DNA of 64,000 bases from Vicugna vicugna (taxonomy: Eukaryota). This document shows positions 12,301-24,715 of this stretch, in pieces. A program made the translations under genes and the position numbers. A model generated the notes under the pieces. That model saw only the letters and a list, made by a program, of their open reading frames with translations. It was not told the origin of the DNA and did not search any database. Within the stretch, counting starts at the first letter, position 1. Each line of letters begins with the position of its first letter. Location of the stretch: the NCBI GenBank assembly GCA_013265495.1, contig MU058650.1, forward strand, positions 1,271,290 through 1,335,289. Reading direction: 5' to 3'.

Positions 12301-12890
12301 TTTCATTTCTGATTTTATTTGAATCCCCTCTTTTTGTCTGGTGAGTGTGCACAATTTTTTTTGGAATGTTTGTTTTTGTACATAGGTATTTATAGCAGCA
12401 TTGTTCATGATAGCCAAAAGGTAGAAACAACCCAAATGTTCATCAGTGAACAGATAACCAAATGTGGTATATCCAGAAAATAGTATTTAGCAATAAAAAG
12501 GAATAAAGTACTGATGTATGCTACAACTTGGACGAGCCCTGAAAACACTATTGCCATGTGAACGATGTCAGTCATAAAAGTCTGCATATTGTGTAATTCC
12601 TTTCATTTGAGAGCTCAGAATAGGCAAATATATAGACACAAAAAATAGATTGGTGGTTACTTAGGGTTTGATGGGGAGGGGGAGCCAGAAAGTGGAGAGG
12701 ATAAGAAGGTAATAGCTAAAGGATATAGGATTTTTTTAAACTGAAGTATAATTGACATAGTAACATTTTTTTCAGTTTCAGGTGTACAACAGGAGTCGCC
12801 GTGTATATACTGTGAAATGTTCGTTGCAACAAGTCTGTGTGAAAATGTTTTAATTTCTCTTGGATAGATACCTGTGTTTTGATTTCTTTT
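9385..12890 (-). mobile_element. Nested LINE-1 cluster in intron 3 (old L1M 3' end, ~2.5 kb decayed ORF2/3' end at 9865-12345, plus-strand L1M piece at ~12375-12735)
   Basis: Minus-strand ORFs with RT/ORF2 remnants ([48 protein letters not shown]) and many frameshifts. Confidence 0.9.
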
Positions 12891-13006
12891 GGATATAATA
12901 GATTATACAGTAAATAAAGTGTTTTAAATTTATGGCATGAATGTATTCTGTTACTTTTTTTAAAGCACCTGCATTTATTTTAAATTGATACGATTCTTTT
13001 TTTCAG

Positions 13007-13183
13007 CGAGTACTGAGCCATCAAGATGATACAGCTTTGCTAAAAGCTTATATTGTTGAATGGCGAAAATTCTTTACGCAGTGTGATATTTTACCGAAGC
13101 CTTTTTGTCAACTAGAGATCACTTTAATGGGTAAACAGGGCAGCAATAAAAAATCAAACGTAGAAGACAGTATTGTTCGAAAG
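13007..13183 (+). CDS. CUL5: CUL5 exon 4 (177 nt)
   Basis: tttcag|CGA GTA ... CGA AAG|gtaagt; RVLSHQDDTALLKAYIVEWRKFFTQCDILPKPFCQLEITLMGKQGSNKKSNVEDSIVRK. Confidence 0.97.
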
Positions 13184-13463
13184 GTAAGTCAGTTTCCCCA
13201 TTTTTCTCTAATATTCTTCAGAAATAGGGTGAATTGAAGACTTTCAGAAGTAATTTACACTGAAGTGTGTTTTTCTATTTCACATGTAAAATCCTTTTCA
13301 GCTCTTGCTGAATTTTATTGAATAATATTAATTTTCTTTCGTCCATTTTTAGCTTCAGTTCTTTCATCTTTCATCTGGTCTGAAGCTGTGGATCTGTGTC
13401 TTCATACATCACCTCCTTTTCTTTTTCTTCTGACTTTCTCCTTTTCATAGTTTTTTCTTAAGG

Positions 13464-13588
13464 TTTATTTTTAAATTTTTGAATTTAATTTTAATTTTTT
13501 AAATAGAGGTATTGGGGATTGAACCCAGGACCTCATGAATGCTTGTGCAAGCTAAGCATGTGCTGTGTCATTGAGCTATACCCACCCT
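13464..13588 (-). mobile_element. tRNA-derived SINE (Vic-1 type)
   Basis: gaggtattggggattgaacccaggacctc ... tgagctataccc. Confidence 0.85.
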
Positions 13589-14388
13589 GTTCCTTTTCCT
13601 AGTTTTTAGTATTTTATTTCCTTATTCTTACTTTGTACTTTTACTTTGTAAATTAAATTATTTTTTTCTGTTCAAAAAAGTCATTCCTTTATTAGGTTAC
13701 CTTCTGGTATTTTTGTGCTTAATTGTGGCTAAACTGCTGTCACCTTTGTAAGTTTTTACGTGATTCTACTTACTACAAACTCAGTATGTACTGTGCTTAT
13801 TGTCATATTGTGCACAGTTTCTAGTTAAAAGCTCTGTACCCAATAACAGCTCGTGAATTGATGGAGAGAACTCAGCTCTGAAATGGAAGAGTCCCAGATT
13901 TCCCTTTCAGCCTTGCAGTCAGTGGCCTTGCCTTGCTGTCCTCGTTCACCATATGTATATATCTGTCATATACATGTATGTATTTCAGCTTGTGAGAATC
14001 AAATGGAGCCACAGATTTGAAAAGTAAAAAAATGACATATGAACTTGCAACAACTAACTAGTTGCTGTGATGGTTCTAGCAACCAACTCAGGCCTTCAGT
14101 AGTGGCCGGGACTTTGTCGGCCCTTCCCAGCTGTAAAATTTGTGCTAATGCTGACAGCATACTCATGGACTTGTGTATGCCACTTCCATCATTTAAACAG
14201 AACATCTGTAAGGTGGATTTGTATATTCTTTTTAAATTCAGTGTCAAACATATTTTCAATTGGTCCTTTTCACATTTATCGTATGTTCATACAGACACGC
14301 ATCTGAGCATGCCAAACACATATCAGTATTTCTGAAATTCAGCCTTGAAACTGTAGGGGAAGTAACATTTTCCATGTATGACCATATT

Positions 14389-14520
14389 ATTTTTTAATGG
14401 GGGGAGATAATTTTAGGTTTCTTTATTTGTTCATTTTTTTAAACAGAGGTACTGGGAATTGAACCCGAGACCTTGTGCATGCTAGGTGTGCACTCTACCA
14501 CTGAGCTATACCCTCCCTCC
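14389..14520 (-). mobile_element. tRNA-derived SINE (Vic-1 type) with TSD
   Basis: ctctaccactgagctataccctccc; flanking tgtatgaccatatt (14375-14388) / tgtattaccatact (14521-14534). Confidence 0.88.
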
Positions 14521-14836
14521 TGTATTACCATACTTAATTTTTACAACAGCCATTTGAAATTTGTACTATTATTTTCACTGTTTTACAGATGAGAAAGCAG
14601 GTAAATAAGTAACAGAGCTGGAATTCAAATCCAGTTATGTTTGACTCTTTACTGTTATTTCCCACCTATTATTAACCAGATTTAAATGTGCCGCTTTCCT
14701 ACAATACTCAAGTGAATGTGGGTCTAAGAATTTTATTTCCTTTTCAAGTGTTTGTACTTAAAATTTTGTGTGTTTATATGTGGCACTTGGTATATTATTG
14801 ACTGAAATGATTGCATATGTTGTTCTTTTTTCCTAG

Positions 14837-14978
14837 CTCATGCTTGATACATGGAATGAGTCAATATTTTCAAATATAAAAAACCGACTTCAAGATAGTG
14901 CAATGAAGCTGGTACATGCTGAGAGATTAGGAGAAGCTTTTGATTCTCAGCTTGTCATTGGAGTAAGAGAATCCTATG
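14837..14978 (+). CDS. CUL5: CUL5 exon 5 (142 nt)
   Basis: tcctag|CTC ATG ... TAT G|gtatgt; LMLDTWNESIFSNIKNRLQDSAMKLVHAERLGEAFDSQLVIGVRESY. Confidence 0.97.
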
Positions 14979-16364
14979 GTATGTTCTGAACTTTTATGAT
15001 CAAATTTCCTTTTCATGGAAATTCTAAGAAAATTATAGAGTAGTACTATCAAAGCTATGTTCACTAACATGTTGTCACATGTACTTTTAGTGCCACGTGC
15101 TTTTAAGAGTACACAGAAGGTAGTCTCCTTAAATGAAACCTATAAAAATTCATATTCGTGTGGTTAATATTTATTTTCTCCATCTCGCTCATTTCTTGGC
15201 TAGTAAATCTTTTTGTGATCTAAATTAGAGAAATGTAGATTTGAATCTATAGCTTATAAAAGGTGACTGGTTTTTGTACTTATGTTTTTAGGACATAAAT
15301 TAATTCCGGGTGTTCATTCCTCTCCAAACTTTTCAGTGTCTGACAGTGATGTTCTCGTTTGTTCATTCAGGCAGATGTGCTGCTTCCTCTGACTAGAATA
15401 CTCTTCCCTTCCTTTTAATCTTCCAACTCATCCTCGTCCTGTTTCCTCCTGGAGGCCTTTCCTAGTTCCCGGACGAGGTTAGGTGCTTCATAGCACCTGT
15501 GCTTCCCTATCCTAATACTTCCGTGTTCTTGACCCTGTATCTTTATTGAACATAGAATGCCTGGCGTGAAATAGTTGTCAGTAAGAATGAACCTTTAGCT
15601 ATCTTTCACTTGCTTTCTGCATTGCCCTTGTATTTCTTTAGGTATCGAGTCTGGATTTTCATTGGCCTTGTCCTTGACATTTATTCTTTTCTATTTCAAC
15701 TCCCCCCAGTTTAGACTTCTTTTAATTCTACTTCTAGACTTCTCAAAAAGTCTTCTTATAGTGATCTTACTGCTATTATTTAAGTCATTTACTGTTCACA
15801 AGATTATTTTTTTAAGTATTATATGATTGGTATTTTTCTTGCCCATTTAATGGTATGCAATGCTAAATTCAGGTTACTTAGCCAGAGAGCTGAGGTTCTC
15901 CATAACCATTCCTAATTACCATTCTGCCTTATCTCCTATTAACCTTACAGTCCAGACAGACAACCTAGTCATTGTGCTTCGATTTGATGTTGTGTTTTTC
16001 TGCTTCTGAATATTTACTTACTTTACTAATCGGTGTAAATCCTGGTTTGTTCTTTAAGACTCAATTCAGATCCCATCTTTTCTGTGAATGGTTTCTTGAT
16101 CATCCAGTTAGAAGTTAGTCTCTTTCCTATTCAGAAATAAAATAGTTTATGTTATCTGTGCTTTTTGTCACTTAACTGTTTTGTTCTATTATCTTTTTAA
16201 GTTTCTTATGGAGACAGATTTTATCTTATATGGCTTTATGTTCTCTTGAGCATCGTCACAATTCCTTGAGCATAATGACTTCTCAGTATATGTTATTTTA
16301 TCTATTGTACTCAAAGTACTGATTTGAATCATAATTAGAGTAAATTTTATTTTCTGTTTTTCAG

Positions 16365-16510
16365 TTAACCTTTGTTCTAATCCAGAGGATAAGCTTCAAA
16401 TTTATAGGGACAATTTTGAGAAGGCATACTTGGATTCAACAGAGAGATTTTATAGAACACAGGCACCCTCATATTTACAACAAAATGGTGTACAGAATTA
16501 TATGAAATAT
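16365..16510 (+). CDS. CUL5: CUL5 exon 6 (146 nt)
   Basis: tttcag|TT AAC ... AAA TAT|gtaagt; VNLCSNPEDKLQIYRDNFEKAYLDSTERFYRTQAPSYLQQNGVQNYMKY. Confidence 0.97.
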
Positions 16511-16592
16511 GTAAGTCAGAACTTAGTATATGTGATAATTTGAGCTGTTTTCTTGATATTCTTAAAATGACTGCTATTTTGCTTCTGGACAG

Positions 16593-16673
16593 GCAGATGC
16601 TAAATTAAAAGAAGAAGAAAAACGAGCACTACGTTATTTAGAAACGAGACGAGAATGTAACTCGGTTGAAGCG
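16593..16673 (+). CDS. CUL5: CUL5 exon 7 (81 nt), after an 82-nt intron
   Basis: ggacag|GCA GAT ... GAA GCG|gtaagt; ADAKLKEEEKRALRYLETRRECNSVEA. Confidence 0.97.
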
Positions 16674-17029
16674 GTAAGTGATTTTGTTGCTGTTTATTCC
16701 TTGAGATTCTTTGAAGTGTAGTAGCCCAGGAGCAGCAGGTACATGATGCAGGTAACATTATTCTCTTTTCTCCCTCTGTGACCAGCGTTACTGTTTTTGG
16801 TGCTGTCTCCCAGGGAGCAGAGCACAGCTTCAGAAGGCACCAGATTCAGAACTCATTGTTTTTCAGAGCTGATGTGCAACATAAAATCTATTTGCCTTTC
16901 CTGCTCTAGACTTTTCTGTATTTAATGCACTTATTTTTTAATCAGTCCCCTTTTATTATGTTTTGTGCATATCTAAAGTTAGCCATAGCAGTGATTTTCA
17001 CATGGCAAGTAAAATATGCTCCCAGTAGA

Positions 17030-17130
17030 CAACGGTTGATTCTCACTGTTCATGGTAATTGTGTTCTATAAAGTAGTGGCTGCGGATGCTGATGTAGTGA
17101 GCACCGAGCCGCTGCTGCTAGAGGATGCTT
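17030..17130. mobile_element. TcMar-Tigger-type DNA transposon end fragment
   Basis: gttgattctcactgttcatggtaattgtgttctataaagt resembles Tigger/MER termini. Confidence 0.5.
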
Positions 17131-18399
17131 CTTTTTGTTATGAGATGATGTTTTCAAACTTCTCTTATCATGAGATAAAATGTCAATTATTTGATAAGAG
17201 AACATCAGTCTGTTACATAGTTTTTATTTGTTTTTGGTTCCTCATTTAAAAAAAAAAAGAAAGAAAAATCAGAGATACAGATGCTAGTGTCCATCCTGGT
17301 GTTTGCTTTTGCGTGGAGAATGACTAGTGTGCTTTGGTAAGGAAGGTAAGAATCAAGTTTGGATAGAGTTTTAGAGATTGCTCAAATATAGCTAGCAGTA
17401 TTGCCTCCAGTTTCCTTCAGTCTTTGGAGCTTGCAAACTAGATTTAAATTTACATTCAAAGCAGTAACTTCCCAGTTTGCCTAAACCAGACATTTTTCAG
17501 CTATGGATGGGATTTTTTTTTAACTTTCTGACTTTTTTTTAGCTTCTTTCATCTTGATTGATAGTCATGTTTATTCAGAAATTGGGACTGAGTTGGATCT
17601 TTTTTCCCTTGTGTTTTGTTTGTTTCGCTTTTTATCATGTGCAGTGTATTTCCTCTTTCAAATAAACTTTGATATTGGGCAGAAAGGGGGGCAAATTTCA
17701 TGGTTGTTTATAGAAATTCTCTATAGAAGTTTACAACCAGGCTTGAGCTTCATTCAGAAGGCAGGGAAGACCATTGAATATTCTTTAAATAACTATGCCA
17801 TGCTCAAAGTTATCTCTGAGAAAGATTAATCTAGTGACTGTATGAGTGATTAATTGAAAGGGGGAATGGCTTGGAATGGCAAGTGGGAAGGTTTTACAGT
17901 AATTCAAGGTGTTAGGAGTACCAGGCAGGGGTATAGCAATGGAAGTGGAAAGAAAGAGAGCAGGGACAAAGACTTCCCAGGAGTGGAACGTTGTATCATA
18001 TGAGCGGGGCTAGACATCAGAGAGCATTCAGTCAACAGTGTGCCTGAGGTTTTGGCCTGGGGGAATTGTGTTGCTACAGAGAGATGAGGTCTAAGAGGTA
18101 GTGAGGGAGAAGGATGAGGTTAGTTGAGGAATCGAGTGTTTTGAGTTGATTGGAGTGCGTGTCTAACCTGGGTGGGGATGCTGTAATTTTGTAAGGTAGA
18201 AGTATTGTTATATTCTTATACTCTAGTTTACACAGCTGAGTTGTATCATATTTATATTAAACTTATGGAAGTTCAATTATAGAGGTCCAACTAAGAGAGC
18301 GAGTAAGAGAGCAAGAAAAAGAGAGTAAGAAATGTAGTGAGAAACTGATACACGTGAATACTTGTATAGAACAGGTCAGTCTCCCTTTATGCTTTAAAA

Positions 18400-18427
18400 C
18401 GCGCGCGCGCGCACACACACACACACA
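18400..18427. repeat. (CG)6(CA)8 compound microsatellite
   Basis: cgcgcgcgcgcgcacacacacacacaca. Confidence 0.95.
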
Positions 18428-20019
18428 TTTTGGGAAAAACTTGAAATAGAAGATGTGAATTTACTCTTCCGTGGATACCAAGTGGTGTGAACGTCTCACC
18501 AAGCTGAATGATTCTAGAGTTTAAAGATAAGGTTTTGTATTGTTTCAACAAAATCCACGAGTGCAATGTAGTATGCTTGCAAAGAAACTGTACTTTATTG
18601 AGGACATAAGAGGTCTGTTTGTATGGTTTGTTTTAATTTTGTTTTGATTTTATGCTTTTATTTTTAATCAACTGTTTTGATTGGTGGTCAACATATATAC
18701 AGAAAAGTGCACAGAAATCTCAAGTATATTATAATAAGTGAATTATCACAAAGTGAACATACCTGTGAAATCACTAGAACAAGAATTACCAGCAAATAGG
18801 AAACTCTAAATACCCCTTCCAAAGCATCGTTACCATCTTTTTCTTCAAAGATGATCATTTTCCTAACTTTTAAGACCATAGATTAATATTAATCAGTGAC
18901 CCCTATATAGTTAGTACAGCAAAATTTGGTGCAGAGAAGACAGTAAATGAGAACTGTAGAATTAACTATAACGTTGGGAATTTAAGGGTTAATGCAGGTG
19001 CATGACTGTATTATATACCTCACTGATCTAAGGCCACTATACTATATATACATAATATTTGTTACGTATTTGTTAATTTACAGTTTCTGTTTCCAAAGAG
19101 AAATGATGTGTTAAAATGAAGTATGTTGTAATGGAAGAAACAGTAAACCAAAAAATCACCAAGTTCTGGGTTCTAATTTAATATACATTAAGTGTGAACT
19201 GTTTTTGTTTTTTTTTAAATAGTTGTTAAGAAAAGAGTCATTTCCATAACTAAAGATTATTCAAAGCAGACTCACTGCCCTAAATTCTGTTAGAGGAATT
19301 ATCAGCCATCAGAACATGCTACGTCAGATCTTCGTGCCTTGTTGATAGTAGCTTTAGTCTATACGTACCTATTAGGCTGTTCTTACTAGTGGAGGACAAT
19401 TATCTGTCAGTTCATCGGGGGCTACACAATAATACACAACAAAATTTAATATTAATAAGTATGTACATTTTTGACATTAACATTTTCTCTGAAAATTAGG
19501 AAATTATTATGATTTATCAGTGACCTTCTTTGAATTTAGTAAGTCATGATCTTAATCTTACAGATCTGATTACTTTTCAGTATACACAGGAAAACAAGTT
19601 TCTGAATCAGTTTTCTGTAGAGTAGATCAGGTCTCACCTAGGCAGTATCCAGGTGTACGGCAGGCCTAGTAAAGGCCAGTGTGCATTTTAAGTAATGTTT
19701 GCATAGCAGCTTACTGAATTCTTTCCTAGTTTATAAGAGTTTTCTTTTGTTCTTTTGGGTACTCCAAGCATCTGATTATATCTTCTTTCTAATACTATTA
19801 TCTCCTATTTCCTTCAGTGGATTGGATCCTTAAATGGTTTATTTTAGAAAAATGTTAAATAATATTGGGGATCCTTGACTTCTTATAGTCTTTGATGGCA
19901 GTTCTCTAAGTTGTCACAATTAAGCACGATGCTGCTTTTTGGCATGATGTATGCATTTTATGATGCTAAGAAAAGTATTTACTTATTATTCTTTTATTAA
20001 GGATATTATCAGGAATGTA

Positions 20020-22605
20020 TATACCCTAGTCGTAAAGCCAGTATCTTATTTTATGGAGTCTTATTAGAGGCATTTGTATTAAGATCATCAATAAGGCAGG
20101 GACACCCACCATTTCTGACTGCTGTTTAACACTATATTAGAGGCATTAGCCCATGCAGTTAAACTGTAGGAATCAATGAGAATGGGTAAGCCTGAAGGAA
20201 AACTGTCTCATTTTGGAGATTACATGATAGTACTTTATATGGAAAACTCTACAGTCAGTGTTAAAACTAACTCAAACAGTAAAATAATTCAATAAAGTGG
20301 CAGGATATAAAATTAACATACAAATGTCAGCCTTCATATGTACAAATAATAAAGAGGGACTATATGATTAGGGCAAACCTCACTTATGGTAGCAACAAAA
20401 AAAATTAAATACTTGGGAATAAATTTAACAAGAAATGTGTGAAACCTTATAAGAGGAAAATTTTTAAACATGTCAAAGACAGAGAGGTAGACTTGAAAAA
20501 ACTGAAAGATACCCCTTATTCTTAAATTCTGTGAGTCAAAATGATATAGATGTCACTTCTTCCCTAAATTAATTTATATCTTCCCTGTAATTCCAATAAA
20601 AATACCAGCAGCTGTTTCATGAAATTAGACAAGTTGATAAAGAAGTTCATGTGGAAAAATAAAGTGTAAGGATAACCAGGAAAACACTGGAAAAGAAAAC
20701 TTTGACGTGAACTGGCCCTACCAGACGTTAAGTGTGGCGTCTCATGCAGTGTAAAGCCTCTGTGATTAAATAGTGCAGTCTTACAATGGAAGAAACAAGA
20801 AGGTGAAGTAAATGTAGAAGCACTACCAAAACAACCTGAAAACAAGTGATAAACAGATAGTAAAATAGCAGTAAGTGCATACATATCAATAATTACTACT
20901 CAGGGGGAGGTATAGCTCAGTTACAGAGCACATGCTTAGCATGCATGAGGTCCTGGGTTCAGTGCCCAGTGCCTCCGTTTAAATAATAAACAAACAAATA
21001 AACCTAATTCCCCCCCCCCACGTTCAATACCCAGTACCTCTGTTTAAATAATAAATAAGTAAATAAATAAATAAGCAGGCCTAATCCCCCCACCCCCAAA
21101 GAAAACAAAAACAAAAATTAATTACTTTATCTATCAATGGACTAAATGTTTTGATCAAACAACACAGGGTGGCTGATTGTATTAAAGAACAAGACCCTTC
21201 AATACACTGCCCACAGGAGACTCCCTTCAGGGTGACACACAGAGTGAAAGAGAAGGGATACAGAAAGATTTCATTTAAACAGAAATGACAAGAAAGCAAA
21301 GGCTGCAGTACTCATATGAGAAAAAATAAACTTTAAAGGTCATAATGAATGACAAAGAATAACATTATGTAATGATAAAGGGATCACTATAAGAAGAGGA
21401 TATTATGGTCGTTAACATACACGCAGCCAGCACAGGAGCACCTAAATATATAAAGCAAATACACCATGATCAAGTTGGATTTATTCCAGTGTCACAAGGG
21501 TGGTTCATTGTATGCAAATCAGTCAGTGTGACACACATTAATGAAAGGAAAGATAAAAATCACAGTATCTCAATAGATGCAGAAAAAACATTTAACAAAA
21601 TTCAACATCCATTCATGGTAAAAACTCTCATCAGAGTGGGTATAGAGGGAACATGATAAAGGCCATTTATGACAAACCCACAGGCAAGAAAATACTCCAT
21701 GGTGAGAAGCTGGAAGACTTTCTGCTAAATTCAGGAAAGAGACAAGGATGCTCATTCTAGCTGCTTTTATTTAACATAGTATTGGAAGTCCTTGCCACAG
21801 CAATCAAACAAGAAAAATGAATAAAAGTACCCAAATTGGAAGGGAAGAGATAAAACACTGCAGATGACATGATGCTCTTTATAGAGAACCCTAATGTCTC
21901 CACAAACAAATAATTAGAACTAAAAAATGAACTCAGCAAGGTTGCAGAATACAGGATTAATATATAGCGATCTGTTGCATTTTGATACATTAAGAATGAA
22001 ATATCAGAAAGAGAAAGTGAAAAAAAATCCTGTTTAAAATTACACCAAAAAATTTTAAATACCTAGGAATAAACTTAACCAGGGAGGTGAAAGACATACA
22101 CTCTGAAAACTATAAACCATTGATGAGGGAGATTGAAGATGATTCAAAGAAATGGAAAGATATCCCATGCTGGCTTGGATTGGAAGAACTAATATTATTG
22201 AAGTGGCCACACCACTGAAAGCAATCTACAGATTTCATTCAATTTCTATCAAAATACTCATGACATTTTTCACAGAACTGAAACAAATAACCCTAAAATT
22301 TATATGGAACCACAAAAGACCCTGAATTGCCAAAGGTACCCTGAGGAAAAAGAACAAAGCTGGACGTATAACTCTCCCAGACTTTAGACTGTCCTTCAAA
22401 GCTACATTAATCAAAGCAATGTGGTGTTGGCACAAAAACAGACAAATCAGTGGAACAGAATAGAGAGCCCAGAAATAAAACCACGCACCTATAGTCTATT
22501 AATCTGTGATAAAGGAGGCAAGAACACACAATGGAGAAAAGAGAGTCTCTTCAACAAGTAAGTGGCTGGGAAAACTTGTAAAACAATGAGATTAGAACAT
22601 TTCAT
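20020..22605 (+). mobile_element. LINE-1 ORF2 fragments (old L1M ~20020-20800; younger internally deleted L1 ~20850-22605)
   Basis: EN remnants join RT remnants ([31 protein letters not shown]) and end near the QWNRIESPE region. Confidence 0.88.
20903..21116 (+). mobile_element. tRNA-derived SINE (Vic-1 type) with duplicated 3' half
   Basis: gggggaggtatagctcag...gggttcagtgcccagtgcctc...poly-C, then gttcaatacccagtacctc...poly-C, A-tail. Confidence 0.88.
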
Positions 22606-23077
22606 CAGAAGTGTTCATATGGCATTTTTCCTCTGTTGAACTAACTGGGTCAGGAAATCACATTAACAGAGTTCCTAACGTTACACTATTCTTCCATTTT
22701 CAAAATGAACACCAAGTCCCATTTTTAATGGATAAAAATGTATACCCCAGAGGGGCTTTGACATATACTATATAGCCCATAAAAGTTACTGTCAGTATAT
22801 TAATGTTAGGTTTAGCATATAATCACAGGATCCTTTTATAAATTTATCCTAATTAAATTTTCATATGAATTTGCTTGTTATAATTCAGCTTTCATTTGAA
22901 TTTGCTTGTCACAGTACAGCAGATTCTGATAGAGATGAATCAAAGAGAAGTGAGTTACGCTGTGGGTTATCGGGTTGTTAGGATAGCTGACGTGCATTGA
23001 ACGGAAATCTCTAGGCTAGCAGTTTTCAGTGACGGTAGTGTCTGCCTCCAGCACGTGTTACAGAAATTTGTAGAGGC

Positions 23078-23129
23078 TTTTCTTTTTCTTTTTCTTTTTC
23101 TTTTTCTTTTTCTTTTCTTTTTTTTTTTT
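23078..23129. repeat. (CTTTTT)n / poly-T tract
   Basis: Direct reading. Confidence 0.9.
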
Positions 23130-23430
23130 GGTTGTCACAATGATTGATTTTTAGTGAGTGGGATCCAGGAATGCTACATGTCTCACAGTGCTCAGACTGT
23201 CCCACATAAGCAAGAATTAGACCATATCCCAAAAATGATGTTCAGTAATCCCACTGGCCAATCATGTAAGTGAAAATCTTATTTATACTTATTTGCATCT
23301 AGAATTTTATTTTACTTACGAATCAAAACATTTTTGCATGATATTAATAATACACTTTATTTTCCACGGATGATACTACTGTGTAAATTGAGGAACGGTA
23401 ATATATTTTTTATTTAGAATCTTAAATTTT

Positions 23431-23575
23431 GGTGGAGGATATAGCTCAAGTGGTAGAGCTTCACATACACAAGGTCCTGGGTTCAATCCCCAGTATCTCC
23501 TCTAAAAATAAATAAATAAATAAACCTAATTACCCCACCACCACCAAAAAAAATTAAAAATAAATTAAAAAAAAA
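23431..23575 (+). mobile_element. tRNA-derived SINE (Vic-1 type) with TSD
   Basis: gatatagctcaagtggtagagc...gggttcaatccccagt; flanks agaatcttaaatttt / agaaatttaaatttt. Confidence 0.88.
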
Positions 23576-24519
23576 GAAATTTAAATTTTTTTTACTGTCA
23601 AAAATTATATCATCTGAAGTGATACTGCTCATGGTATTTGAGTCACTGATGCAGCTGTGTTGGATTGAAGTGGGGATCATGAGAGCTCCCAGTTTGTCCC
23701 TCCAGTTTGGACCAGAGGGAAGAGTCTGGCCCTACTCGTTTTAATTAGCCTAGCGCTAATCGGCCCAGCTCTGTTTGAGGGTCCAAACTTGGATCAGATG
23801 CTTTGTGTGTAAGTGCGTTTCTTTGTGCACATGTGCAGGCGTGAGTGAGCTGTCAGTGTATACGTGTTTGTAGTAGGTATGATGCAGGAATACTGGACTC
23901 CTCCAGAGGACAAGCCTTCTAGCAGCTTGAGCTACTTGCAACTCAGTGGGGAGCCTGGAAAGTAAGTCAGGCCGAGAGATCTGAGCAGCAGCGCTGCCTT
24001 AGCTGCCTGGTAGGCCCGCTGCTCTACCGTTGCTTGCAGGAGAGCAGCTTAGTCCCACCCAGACCCAGGCATCCTCCCAGCTCTCTAATTAGCTTGATTA
24101 TCACTGGACGGGGCTGTAGAGATGAGCAGCGGTATGTTAGTAAAACTGGGTCAGAGGCTTCAGAGCTGTGCTGGCTGAAGAGGCATCATAGACGGCAAAA
24201 AGTGACACGTAACAGGAAGAAAAGAATGAGAAAAAAATATAAAACAAAATAACTTACAATTTTTTTCCTGTGGCTTTTAGCATTTTAGGTGATAGCCACA
24301 TCCCTTGGTACTACCTGAGAGCATTCAGTTACTACTTACCATGCACCTGAACTGTGTCAGGCCTTGTGCTAGTGGGGATAAGAGGACACAAGTGGTCCCT
24401 ATCCTCAGAGTGACACTAGAATAAACTGGAGTGTTTCTACAGTGGATTAACGGACTAGAGAGTGAAGCAGTGGTGGCAAGTCTTCATTTCTTCACGATGA
24501 CCAGGGCACTGACGGGGAG

Positions 24520-24715
24520 GCAGTGTAGTGATTCAGGGCATACACGTTGGAACAAGAGGAGGGTTTGAATTCCGTTGTCATTTTACCCTTTGGGAAGTTC
24601 TTCAACTTCTGTAATCCTTGTTTTCCTAACTGTAAAATGGGTAATACCCACTTGTGTTTAATCAACTACTTTATCAAAACATTTAAGCACTGTGACTGAC
24701 ATGGTAGTTTTTACT
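24520..24715 (+). mobile_element. MIR
   Basis: ttgggaagttcttcaacttctgtaatccttgttttcctaactgtaaaatggg. Confidence 0.7.
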
